From the IMG/VR virus record IMGVR_UViG_3300021405_000010, positions 1 to 64,000 of that record: a stretch of 64,000 nucleotides of DNA, one strand, 5' to 3'. Source of the DNA: a virus. Shown here one piece after another: positions 37,936 through 46,537 of this stretch (its first letter is position 1; each line of letters starts with the position of its first letter). Below the pieces are notes generated by a model. The model searched no databases and had not been told where the DNA came from. It worked only from the letters and a program-made list of their open reading frames with translations. The translations under genes and the position numbers were made by a program.

Positions 37936-38190
37936 TTACTCTTCCTTGGCGGTCGCGCTGGCCCCGGTACGCGGCTGGGGCGTCTTAGCCTCTTCGGGCT
38001 CTGGCTCCTCCAGGTGCACCTTGGCGTCGGGATAATTGTGGAGGCTGGCGCTTGAGGCCTGGACGATGTTGCCCTCTTCTGCCTCGGCCTCTTCCCGGGC
38101 CACCTTCTCTTCCTGGTCGGCCTTGGCTTGCTGGGCGGCTTCTTCCTCGGAAACTCCGGGGACCTCTGATTGCTTTTTGGTGATTGGCAT
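37936..38190 (-). CDS. Small acidic protein
   Basis: Glu-rich 84-aa ORF. Confidence 0.55.
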   Translation of the reverse strand: MPITKKQSEVPGVSEEEAAQQAKADQEEKVAREEAEAEEGNIVQASSASLHNYPDAKVHLEEPEPEEAKTPQPRTGASATAKEE

Positions 38191-38371
38191 AACAATGGAA
38201 GAGTTCGCGCGCCGAGCCTTACCTGGAGACAGGCTCCCCTCCCGCACCCACGGGAGGGGATTAATGGGATGTTATTCGTGTAACCGTGTCAACTTTGAGG
38301 CCGGTGTTAGCGGCCCTGGGGCTGTTGGCCCCATATCCACTGTCATTCCAGACGAAAGGATCCTATGGCAA

Positions 38372-38530
38372 CTAGATGACGTGCATCAAGATCAGAATGA
38401 TCACGATGATAAAAATCAGGCCGATTCCGCCCACCGGCCCGTAGCCCCAGTTGGCCGAATACCCCCAGCGGGGCAGCGCCCCGATTAAAAAGAGGATCAG
38501 GAGAATGATCAGAATGGTTGAGACGCTCAT
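38372..38530 (-). CDS. DUF3309-like small membrane protein (not in ORF track)
   Basis: MSVSTILIILLILFLIGALPRWGYSANWGYGPVGGIGLIFIIVIILILMHVI. Confidence 0.75.
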   Translation of the reverse strand: MSVSTILIILLILFLIGALPRWGYSANWGYGPVGGIGLIFIIVIILILMHVI

Positions 38531-38536
38531 ACTGTT

Positions 38537-38800
38537 TTATTCCTTTCTCGTGTCCGAGCCTTTGCCGTTGCGGGTTTCCACGTAGCGGTCCACCGTGCGC
38601 AGGCCTGCGAGGCCAAAGACCAGGGCGGTAATCGACTGGTAGAAATTGCCGAGGAACTTGTACTCCTTGATGTGCTGCTCGAATTCGGTCCAGCCGAATT
38701 CGCGGGAGGCCAGCGCCATCGCAAAAATAGTCAAGGGCAGGGTCAAAAAGGTCAGCACCGTGCCCCAGCACAAAAGCACTTTCCATCGCGGTTCACTCAT
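38537..38800 (-). CDS. Two-TM holin-like protein
   Basis: TALVFGLAGLRTVD motif and charged tail; paralogue of 2564-2782. Confidence 0.55.
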   Translation of the reverse strand: MSEPRWKVLLCWGTVLTFLTLPLTIFAMALASREFGWTEFEQHIKEYKFLGNFYQSITALVFGLAGLRTVDRYVETRNGKGSDTRKE

Positions 38801-38807
38801 ACACTCT

Positions 38808-41800
38808 TTATAAAGGCCAAGTCTGCATCGCCGCCCAGAGATCCGTTTTCTGGACCGGCGGAGGGACAAATGCGGTCCCTCCCTGTTCGCCTCCCGGGTA
38901 CAAATTGGCGTAGGGCGGCATCACCCAGGGGCCTTCTTCCCGCTCGGCTTCCCGGTAGGCGATTCTGGCCGGAACCTGGATCTGGGTCTGCTGGTTTGAC
39001 CCCGAATAAGAGGGGACAATCAGGGGAGCGTGGAAGTGGTCATTCTCCCAGCCCAGGGCCGTGACGGTCGAAGTGCTCGTGACTGAGAACGGGAAATCCT
39101 GGACCGGCAGACTCCAGAGGAGCCGGGTGACAGTGGAAGTGCTGGCAACCGTAAACCCAAATCCGGCCCGTTGAACCTCCAGGCCCAGGGCGGTGACAGT
39201 CGAGGTACTGGCAACCGTGAGCGCGAAATGCCGTGCGACCTCGTAACCCAGGGCGGTGACGGTCGAATTGCTGTGCACCGAGACCGGGAAATGAAGGAGG
39301 AGGGTCTGATGAAACGCTAAGGCCGTGACGCTCGAGGTCGAGGCGACGGTGAAGGGGAAGCGTTTAGCGGTCTCAAACCCTAAGGCCGTGACGCTTGAAG
39401 TAGAGGCGACTGAGAAGGGGAACCGGCGTTGCACCCTTAAGCCCAAAGCCGTCACGGTGGAAGTACTGGCGATCGCGAAGGGAAAGCGCCGTCCGGTCTC
39501 AAACCCAAGCTTGGTCACCGTGGAAACACTGGCCACCGTAAAGGGGAAATGTTTCCCGATCGTCTGCTGCCACAGGGCGGTGACGGTCGAAGTAGAGGCG
39601 ACCGTTAAGGGGAAATGCTGGGCCGCTCCGGCGGTTTCAAAGTTGAGGGCCGTGACGGTGGAGGTGCTCTGCACCGTGAACGGGAAATGGCGCGCGGTTT
39701 CGTAGCCGAGGCGGGTGACGGTCGAGGTCGACGTTACCGTGAACGGGAAGTTCTGCACCGTGGGCCCCACCAGGGTGGCGTAGATCGAGATCTGGTAAGG
39801 GCCGCCAGCGGTGCCGGAGGTGTAGGGATTAATCAGGGTCCCGGTATAAGGGACGCTGGTGTCAAAGAGGGCATTACCAACCGGGGTATCGTAATAACCG
39901 GCGAAGGGATTCTGGGCCTGCTGGGCCAGCCAGTAATTGCCCGGCGCTAAGGTGGGCCCGTTGGCAATCGGCACCGTGATTAACCCGGTCGAGGAAGTGG
40001 GGGTGACCGCCGTCGAGGCGAGGAGCGCCCCAGGGACATTGCCTGCGTCGGCGTAGACCCCGAGCAAGAGATTGTTCGGGGTGGCGTCGGCGCTGAAAAT
40101 CGAGATCGAGCGCAAAATCCCGGCCTGGGTCAGGGTGACCTGGGAGGCCCCGATCCCGGGCTGGCTGGCCACATTAGCCCCCGGGCTGGTTGGCCCCATG
40201 GTGAAAGTCGCCACATTGGCCCCGTGGAACGAGAGGGCCGTCACCGTGGATGTGCTGGCCACCGTCAAGGGGAAATGCTGGACCACGATCGGCGCGAAGG
40301 TGGCGTAGACGCTAAAGAGATACTGCCCCGAAGCGGTGCCGCTGGTCGGGAAGGTCGAGGGAAGGGTCCCCGTCCAGGACTGGCCGTTATTAAATAGCCC
40401 TACCGCGCCCGAGGGTTGATCGTAGTATCCGCCTACCGCGCCCTGGACCTGGAACCCCAGGTAATAGGTCCCGGCGGCCAGGACTGGCCCGTTGGCGATC
40501 GGGAGGGTGTTCGTGCCAACCGTCGAAACCCCTACGGCGGTCGAGGCGAGTAAGTTTTTGTTAGTGGTCGAGTCGTAGATCCCCAGGATGTAACTAACCC
40601 CGGCGGTGCTCCAGAACATCGACATCGAGCTGATCTTGCCCGGCTGGGTCAGGGTGACCTGGGTAGCGCCGATCCCCGTGTAGGTCCCGGTCTGTGATCC
40701 GGGGCTAGTCGGGCCCACCGTGAATCCAGCCGCGCTGGACCCGTGGAAGTTGAGAGCGGTGACGGTCGAGGTGCTGGCCACCGTGAAGGGGAAATGCCGG
40801 ATGATCGTCGCCCCGTGGAACGTCAGGGCGGTGACCGTCGAGGTGCTCGCGACCTGAATCGGGAAAGTCGGGACCACCGCCGCGTACTGGAACCCGCCAG
40901 CGTCCCAGGCCGTCGTCCCGCCGGGCCGCAGAACCCCGTTAAAGTCGCTCGTAAAGACGCTAGATTTATTGAGGGCGGCATTACGCGCACCGCTGGAGCT
41001 GATGATCCGGAAATTCTGGGCGCTCGAGGTGCTGGCGTCAGTGGTCCCGTTAACAAACGTGGAGAGCGTCGTGTCCACGTTATGATCCATGGTCAGGGTG
41101 GCAACACCACCGACATTGTAATTGTCGGTCGCCATATTGGCGAAGATGTTGTTCTGGATCGTCCCTTTGGAATTCGCGACAGAGCCAGTGTAACTGCGGG
41201 TCCCAAACCCTTGCACGTCAATCGAGGCTAGGGTGTTATTGTAGATAAAGAACCCGTCCAGAGAACAAAAGATGTTCCCGCCCGTGGGGTTGTTAGTCCC
41301 GGTGGCGACAATGACGTTGTTGTAGACTAGGACCCCATTTAAGCCTTGAGCCAGCTTCCCGGTCGCGCCCGGGGTTCCATTGGCGGACAAATAGATAAAC
41401 GAGGTGGTGTTCGCACCCGGGTCGCCGTGGATGTAGTTATTGTAGATCTGGAGGCCCGTGATCGTGGAGCCGTCGTGCTCGGCCCAGATATAGATCCCGT
41501 TATGATGGTTCTGATCCTGGGGATCGTCCCAGATCGTCCCGGGCATCGTGATATCGTTGCCGTAGATCTGGTAGTTGCTAAAGATGCTCGTCCCATCAAT
41601 GTCGCCCGACTGGATGCACCAGTTGGCGTCTTTAAGCGTGTTGTTGTAGATCTGGCAGCCGGAAAAGTTGCCGGTGTCGCGCACGGTGGTGATGCACGCC
41701 CCGGCAGAGGTGACGACATTGTTGTGGATTAAGGTGTTATTGCGCTGCCGGTAGATATTGATTCCCGCTCCGGCATTGTTAACCAGATCGGCTTGAGTCT

Positions 41801-42275
41801 GCTTTTTATAGATGTTAAGGATCGTCAGGTTCCTGACCTCGATCCCGTTGCCGTAACTAAACTGGACGCCGTCCGAATAGAGCCCCGAGGCAGTGTTCTG
41901 GTTAGTCGCATTGATCTGGCCGTTGGTTCCCCCATCCACCGTGATGTAGTCAACGACGTAGCCGTTAATCGCCGCTCCCAGGCCCACCGCACCCGTGGAG
42001 GGATTTAGGGGCCAGCTGGCCGCGCTCATCACGGCATTGGGCTCGAAAAAGATGGTGACCGGGTTCCCGGAAGCACCCGAGCCCTGGACGGTCAGGGGCG
42101 TAGAGATGGTCCCGCACAAATGGACGGTCGTCCCGGGCCCGATCTGGATGCCGGTCGGGGTGCCGCTCGTCCAGTTGGAGCCGGTATTGAAGTAGGTTAC
42201 CGCCTTGGCATCGGCAGCATCCAGGCCGCTGCCGGTCCCCTGCTGGGTCTGGGCGATGTAGACGGCGTTAGGCAC
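38808..42275 (-). CDS. Large tail-cluster protein: beta-helix, two beta-sandwich domains and 14 FPFTVASTSTVTAL repeats
   Basis: N-terminus aligns with the mature 13003 protein but has no signal peptide; follows tail genes. Confidence 0.75.
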   Translation of the reverse strand: MPNAVYIAQTQQGTGSGLDAADAKAVTYFNTGSNWTSGTPTGIQIGPGTTVHLCGTISTPLTVQGSGASGNPVTIFFEPNAVMSAASWPLNPSTGAVGLGAAINGYVVDYITVDGGTNGQINATNQNTASGLYSDGVQFSYGNGIEVRNLTILNIYKKQTQADLVNNAGAGINIYRQRNNTLIHNNVVTSAGACITTVRDTGNFSGCQIYNNTLKDANWCIQSGDIDGTSIFSNYQIYGNDITMPGTIWDDPQDQNHHNGIYIWAEHDGSTITGLQIYNNYIHGDPGANTTSFIYLSANGTPGATGKLAQGLNGVLVYNNVIVATGTNNPTGGNIFCSLDGFFIYNNTLASIDVQGFGTRSYTGSVANSKGTIQNNIFANMATDNYNVGGVATLTMDHNVDTTLSTFVNGTTDASTSSAQNFRIISSSGARNAALNKSSVFTSDFNGVLRPGGTTAWDAGGFQYAAVVPTFPIQVASTSTVTALTFHGATIIRHFPFTVASTSTVTALNFHGSSAAGFTVGPTSPGSQTGTYTGIGATQVTLTQPGKISSMSMFWSTAGVSYILGIYDSTTNKNLLASTAVGVSTVGTNTLPIANGPVLAAGTYYLGFQVQGAVGGYYDQPSGAVGLFNNGQSWTGTLPSTFPTSGTASGQYLFSVYATFAPIVVQHFPLTVASTSTVTALSFHGANVATFTMGPTSPGANVASQPGIGASQVTLTQAGILRSISIFSADATPNNLLLGVYADAGNVPGALLASTAVTPTSSTGLITVPIANGPTLAPGNYWLAQQAQNPFAGYYDTPVGNALFDTSVPYTGTLINPYTSGTAGGPYQISIYATLVGPTVQNFPFTVTSTSTVTRLGYETARHFPFTVQSTSTVTALNFETAGAAQHFPLTVASTSTVTALWQQTIGKHFPFTVASVSTVTKLGFETGRRFPFAIASTSTVTALGLRVQRRFPFSVASTSSVTALGFETAKRFPFTVASTSSVTALAFHQTLLLHFPVSVHSNSTVTALGYEVARHFALTVASTSTVTALGLEVQRAGFGFTVASTSTVTRLLWSLPVQDFPFSVTSTSTVTALGWENDHFHAPLIVPSYSGSNQQTQIQVPARIAYREAEREEGPWVMPPYANLYPGGEQGGTAFVPPPVQKTDLWAAMQTWPL
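39045..39755 (-). repeat. Coding tandem repeat, 11 units of ~63-72 bp
   Basis: Encodes xFP[FL]TVASTSTVTALxx; three further units lie at ~40230-40870. Confidence 0.85.
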
Positions 42276-42288
42276 ACCCTAGGACTCT

Positions 42289-42714
42289 TTAATCGATGCG
42301 GAAACTGAAGTCGGCAGCGTTAAACGTGATGTTGTTCCCGTTGGCGATCGACTGCTGGCTGCCTGCCGGGATGTCGTTGAGCAGGATCAGGTTCCCGCCG
42401 CTAGACGCATCACGCAGGCCGGTCGCGACAATCGGGCCCAGGGACCCCGTCGCAGTGAACCAGGAGAGCGGGAAGCTCGCCCCGGAGCACACCTTGGCCC
42501 GGTTGGCCGCTGCGGCAAAGAAGGCGGCGGAATTAGTGATCGCCAGCCGCACGTAACCGGCTCCGGTGACTTCCACGCCCCCGGAATCCGCGAGGCCGGG
42601 GCTGGTCGTAAACATGCAGACGTACCATGTCCCGGGAATAGTTGGGGTGACGAGTTTTCCAAACCACTGGTCTTCCAGCAGATGGACGAAGTAGGTGGCT
42701 AGTTCTTGGGGCAT
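42289..42714 (-). CDS. Phage tail-associated protein (phiTE_251-like)
   Basis: YVCMFTTSP...GGVEVTG.GY.R.AI and G.RDASSGGNL...F.A motifs. Confidence 0.75.
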   Translation of the reverse strand: MPQELATYFVHLLEDQWFGKLVTPTIPGTWYVCMFTTSPGLADSGGVEVTGAGYVRLAITNSAAFFAAAANRAKVCSGASFPLSWFTATGSLGPIVATGLRDASSGGNLILLNDIPAGSQQSIANGNNITFNAADFSFRID

Positions 42715-42721
42715 AATTTTT

Positions 42722-43519
42722 TTATCCGAATAGGGTGGCGTAACCGACAAACTGAAAAGCTCCATTACCGGCACTGGAAAAGCTTGCGGGAAGGGCCCCG
42801 GTCCAGGTCGTTCCATTGTTCCAGGCCCCCAGTCCCACTCCGTTATTGTAGGTGCCGTTGATGGGGGCTTGATTCTGCCAAGCAACCCAGTAGGTCCCGG
42901 CTGGAATGGTGGGGCCGTTCGCCACCGGCACAGTCTGCAAGCCAGCGTTGATGGTGGGTACGACTGCGGTCGAAGTGCCAGCGATCAGGGTTCCGGGGAG
43001 GTTTGCGGCATCGGTATAGAGCCCCATGATCAGATTGATCCCGGAAGTGCCGCTGGTTAGATAGGTAGAGAACGATTTCAGGACCCCGCTTTTTGGGTTA
43101 ACAACCTGAACCCCGGTTATTCCGCTGAAACTTCCGTTGCTGGTTCCTTGCGCGGTAGGTCCAACATTGAAGTTGGACCCAGGAGGAGCAACGGGCCCGA
43201 TCGAACCGGCCAGCTTCGCTTCCAGGGAAAACTCCGTATCGCTGGGATTAACCGCGCCTGCCAGCGCCTGGACCTGTTTTGCCAGCAGAGAAAACACTGT
43301 GTCATTCGAGCTAACTGTGCCGCCCAGGGCCTGCAGCTCTTTTACGAGCAGGGAAAAGACCGTGTCGTTTGAATTGATCGTGCCGCCGAGGGCCTGGACC
43401 TGTTTTACCAGCAGAGAGAATGCCGTGTCGGTGGAAGTCGCTGTGCCGCCCAGGGCCTGCAGCTGCTTCACCATGAGCCAGAATACTGAGTCGCCTATCG
43501 CTGCTGGTTGAGCACTCAT
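42722..43519 (-). CDS. Putative virion protein with 21-aa helical repeats and a beta-sandwich C-terminus
   Basis: DTVFSLLVKQVQALGG x~5; C-terminal domain homologous to the two inserted domains of the 38808 protein. Confidence 0.7.
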   Translation of the reverse strand: MSAQPAAIGDSVFWLMVKQLQALGGTATSTDTAFSLLVKQVQALGGTINSNDTVFSLLVKELQALGGTVSSNDTVFSLLAKQVQALAGAVNPSDTEFSLEAKLAGSIGPVAPPGSNFNVGPTAQGTSNGSFSGITGVQVVNPKSGVLKSFSTYLTSGTSGINLIMGLYTDAANLPGTLIAGTSTAVVPTINAGLQTVPVANGPTIPAGTYWVAWQNQAPINGTYNNGVGLGAWNNGTTWTGALPASFSSAGNGAFQFVGYATLFG

Positions 43520-43520
43520 T

Positions 43521-44012
43521 TCAAGTCCACTTGCCGTAGGTCAGGTTGACCGATTTACCGGCATTGGGGCCGCTTGACTGGCTAACCACCAGATCCCCTC
43601 CGTTAACGACCTGCAGACTGATCTGGCTCGCGGAATCGGGCGATTTCATCGAGACTGGCGGTGCCGTAGCTTCCACCCAGCCAGCATCCTGCCGGGCATA
43701 AGGCGTCCCGTCACTGGGCGCGTCAGCGGTGATTACCCCAGGCGCTCCGGGCGCACCAGCTGTCCCGGGATCTCCCTGGTCGCCCTTGGGCCCCGTTGCT
43801 CCGGGCTCGCCCTGTGGTCCCTGTTCACCCGCTGGCCCGGGCTCGCCCTGTGGTCCTTCAGGTCCCGCTGGTCCCGCAGCGGAATCGCTCGAAAGGTCGG
43901 CAATCCTGAACCGGCCTCCGGTCTGCAGCTCACGGGCGTACAGGCATCCGTCACTGCCGATGTACCAGCTCAACTGGGCTGGCGCTCCTCCGAGATCTTG
44001 TGGAATTGGCAT
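43521..44012 (-). CDS. Short collagen-repeat fibre protein
   Basis: GXY repeats and DAPSDG.PYARQD..W motif. Confidence 0.75.
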   Translation of the reverse strand: MPIPQDLGGAPAQLSWYIGSDGCLYARELQTGGRFRIADLSSDSAAGPAGPEGPQGEPGPAGEQGPQGEPGATGPKGDQGDPGTAGAPGAPGVITADAPSDGTPYARQDAGWVEATAPPVSMKSPDSASQISLQVVNGGDLVVSQSSGPNAGKSVNLTYGKWT

Positions 44013-44018
44013 AAGTTT

Positions 44019-45833
44019 TTACCAGCCGGTGTCTGCTGTGAAATGCCATTGGTAATTGGCGTTGCTGGCATTTTGAGTTGTCGTAGAAAAACCACCAAAT
44101 CCTCGCACCCCAACTACCTGTGCGGCGGCAATGGCCCGACTGGTGGTTGCCGTGGCATCATAGAGAGCGTTAATTGCCCCGGTGTTACCGTTGTAGCCTG
44201 TCATCGTCGGTGTTTTCGCCATTATTTTTGGAAACGAAATCGGCAAAATTGGGTTAGCACCTCCTACGATAAGATGATAGATCATCCCTGGACTGCTAAC
44301 CGTACCGGGAGCAACATTGTAGTCATAGCTTTTGCAGTAATACCGCAGACACTCGTCGAGATTCTGGGAGAACGGCCTGTCGATAAAGGGTGAACAAACC
44401 GGCCCAGGTTCATGCTGAGCGGCATAAAACCCCCACGAATTACCAACGGTAGCTAGCGAGTTTAAATTATTCGCAACTCTTTGATCGCCGGTCACCCACT
44501 GGTTAGGAGTTGCCGTGTTGTAAGTAGAGCCTGCCCCAAAGCAAAAGCCCAAAATGTATCCGGTTGTTCCCGGCTGATTGGCGAAGGCCATGCTGCTCGG
44601 CCAAACGGGGATATTTGGGAAAGTGAAGACGGTCAGCGTGTTGGCCACCGGAGCAACAGGGATGACGTAAGAATTCGCTCTCCCGGAATCCTGCAAATAA
44701 ATGCAAAATGGAACGCCTGCCCCACTAATCATGGTGACCGAGAGCGAGGTCGCTCCTCCGCTGATCGGGCGGTACATCGGCCCTTCGATATACTGCTCAA
44801 CGCAATAATAATCTCCTGCAGCCAAGCTCGCTTGAGCCGTCGAAACCGACATTTGCAACGAATTGCGGGTGAAAACGTAGGTCGTTCCAGGAATGCTCGC
44901 TTTCGTATTGGACTGGGACCCATTGACCACTGCGGTTAACCCCGCCGATCTGACCGCAAACCATCGATCAAGAATACGTCCAGCCGTTCCGAGAGGATTA
45001 GCCGCAAACAGAGCTGTCTGGGTTACTTCAAAATTCGGGTTCCCCACGGCGTTGACGGTATTCAGCCGAAGAGTCCAGATAGAAGATCGCGGCACCAGAA
45101 CCTGGGAATCTGAACCAAGGATGGCGATATTACCCACATCGGTACTGACAGCAGTAGGACCAGGGGTCCCTTGAGGTCCAGTGGGTCCAGCAGGTCCTTG
45201 CGATCCGGTTGCGCCGGGAGTGCCTTGCGGTCCACTGGAGCCTGCAGGTCCTTGTGGTCCTGCAGCGCCGGTATTGCCTTGTGGCCCTTGTGGACCGGTC
45301 GCGCCGGGCGTTCCCTGTGGTCCGCTGGCACCCGTATTGCCCGTGGGTCCTGCGGGTCCTGCGGGTCCGGGGACTGTACTGGCCGCTCCCTGTGGTCCAG
45401 GAGGTCCCTCTGGCCCTTGTGGCCCCTGAATCTGGCCGATATCCACCCATGCGGTGCCGTTCCAGACCCAGGCGTGTCCGGTATCCAGTGCAGTGTAGCA
45501 ATCGTTAGGCGAATTGCCGCTCGCAGGAAGACTGGCGGCGGTTGGCACCGTGCCTTTCATGTTGAGACCAGTCCCGGCTGGTCCCTGTGGCCCCTGGGCC
45601 CCTGGTGGCCCTTGAATACCTTGGGGACCGGTGCCTCCCTGTGGTCCGGCTAGTCCCTGCGGCCCCTCCGGCCCAACTGCTCCCTGTGGCCCCTGGATGG
45701 AGAATTTCTCGATATCCTCGTAGATCGTGAACAGGCAGTTAGTCTGCAGTTCGTGCGCGTAAAGGTTCTCGTCCTGGCCGATGTACCACGTCAGCTGGGC
45801 AGGACCGCCGATCACGTCTACTGGGAGCGGCAT
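44019..45833 (-). CDS. Collagen-repeat tail fibre protein
   Basis: GPQ repeats; C-terminal N.NFEV.Q...DRW...CLRYY...TADTGW domain. Confidence 0.8.
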   Translation of the reverse strand: MPLPVDVIGGPAQLTWYIGQDENLYAHELQTNCLFTIYEDIEKFSIQGPQGAVGPEGPQGLAGPQGGTGPQGIQGPPGAQGPQGPAGTGLNMKGTVPTAASLPASGNSPNDCYTALDTGHAWVWNGTAWVDIGQIQGPQGPEGPPGPQGAASTVPGPAGPAGPTGNTGASGPQGTPGATGPQGPQGNTGAAGPQGPAGSSGPQGTPGATGSQGPAGPTGPQGTPGPTAVSTDVGNIAILGSDSQVLVPRSSIWTLRLNTVNAVGNPNFEVTQTALFAANPLGTAGRILDRWFAVRSAGLTAVVNGSQSNTKASIPGTTYVFTRNSLQMSVSTAQASLAAGDYYCVEQYIEGPMYRPISGGATSLSVTMISGAGVPFCIYLQDSGRANSYVIPVAPVANTLTVFTFPNIPVWPSSMAFANQPGTTGYILGFCFGAGSTYNTATPNQWVTGDQRVANNLNSLATVGNSWGFYAAQHEPGPVCSPFIDRPFSQNLDECLRYYCKSYDYNVAPGTVSSPGMIYHLIVGGANPILPISFPKIMAKTPTMTGYNGNTGAINALYDATATTSRAIAAAQVVGVRGFGGFSTTTQNASNANYQWHFTADTGW

Positions 45834-45834
45834 A

Positions 45835-46068
45835 TCAAGGGATTTTGCTGTAGCCAGTGGCCGCGCCTGGGAGCGTGCATTTCGCTGGCGGAACAGTGTT
45901 TGAGATGGGGTTAGCAGCGTTGATCCGGGCCACCTGATCCTGGCCGTTGTAGCGGACCGGGATCCCGCTATTGGCCGGGTTAACGTAGGGGCCAGGGCCA
46001 TCTTCCCAGGCTATCGTGGTGGGTGGGCCTTTGGGGAAGGTGACCGGCATGAAGGGGTTATTATTCAT
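45835..46068 (-). CDS. Small Pro/Asn-rich protein ending SKIP
   Basis: ATGA-coupled. Confidence 0.6.
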   Translation of the reverse strand: MNNNPFMPVTFPKGPPTTIAWEDGPGPYVNPANSGIPVRYNGQDQVARINAANPISNTVPPAKCTLPGAATGYSKIP

Positions 46069-46205
46069 GGCAGTTTAGAAAGCGTTGGATTGGCTATCTT
46101 TGGGCCTGATTCTAACAGGGTTGACGGAGCGCCTCCGCTCGGCGGCGGCCAGACCGGGAAGGGCGGCAACCCTGGCTGGCCGCCCGGTGGATGGAGAACA
46201 ATCAT
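46065..46205 (-). CDS. 46-aa Pro-rich protein ending SKLP (not in ORF track)
   Basis: MIVLHPPGGQPGLPPFPVWPPPSGGAP...TLSKLP; ATGA overlaps at both ends. Confidence 0.65.
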   Translation of the reverse strand: MIVLHPPGGQPGLPPFPVWPPPSGGAPSTLLESGPKIANPTLSKLP

Positions 46206-46534
46206 GGCAGTTTAGATAGGGATGGCGAGGCCTTATCCGGCAGCACGCAAAACTTCGAGTGCGGCCACGCAGGCAGTTGCTGCTGCTGGTTCTGGCCGGT
46301 GGCTCCGGATGGCATCTTGGTAGGAAAGAAGGTCGCCTTCCAAACGCCCCCGGGCGGATAAGGATTGGCCGTCGAGATATTGGCCGTTTGCCCTCCTCCA
46401 TAAGGGAAGGGGTTAGTGATCGGCCCCAGTTCCGGGGCCGTAACCGGCGCGCCACCAGAGGGCGGGGGCCACGTCGGGAAGGGTGGCAGGCCGGGTTGGC
46501 CAGCCAATGCTCCAATTTGTGGGTTATCGCTCAT
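46202..46534 (-). CDS. Pro-rich protein ending SKLP
   Basis: GQPGLPPFPTWPPPSGGAP shared with the next gene. Confidence 0.65.
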   Translation of the reverse strand: MSDNPQIGALAGQPGLPPFPTWPPPSGGAPVTAPELGPITNPFPYGGGQTANISTANPYPPGGVWKATFFPTKMPSGATGQNQQQQLPAWPHSKFCVLPDKASPSLSKLP

Positions 46535-46537
46535 AAA

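Noticed and set aside
39045-40870. CRISPR-like repeat array
   Set aside because: Repeats are in-frame, vary at synonymous positions and lack unique spacers; no cas genes are present
45834-46001. N-terminal extension of the 44019 fibre given in the ORF track
   Set aside because: Homology with 43521 places the start at 45833, and the upstream frame is occupied by the SKIP gene
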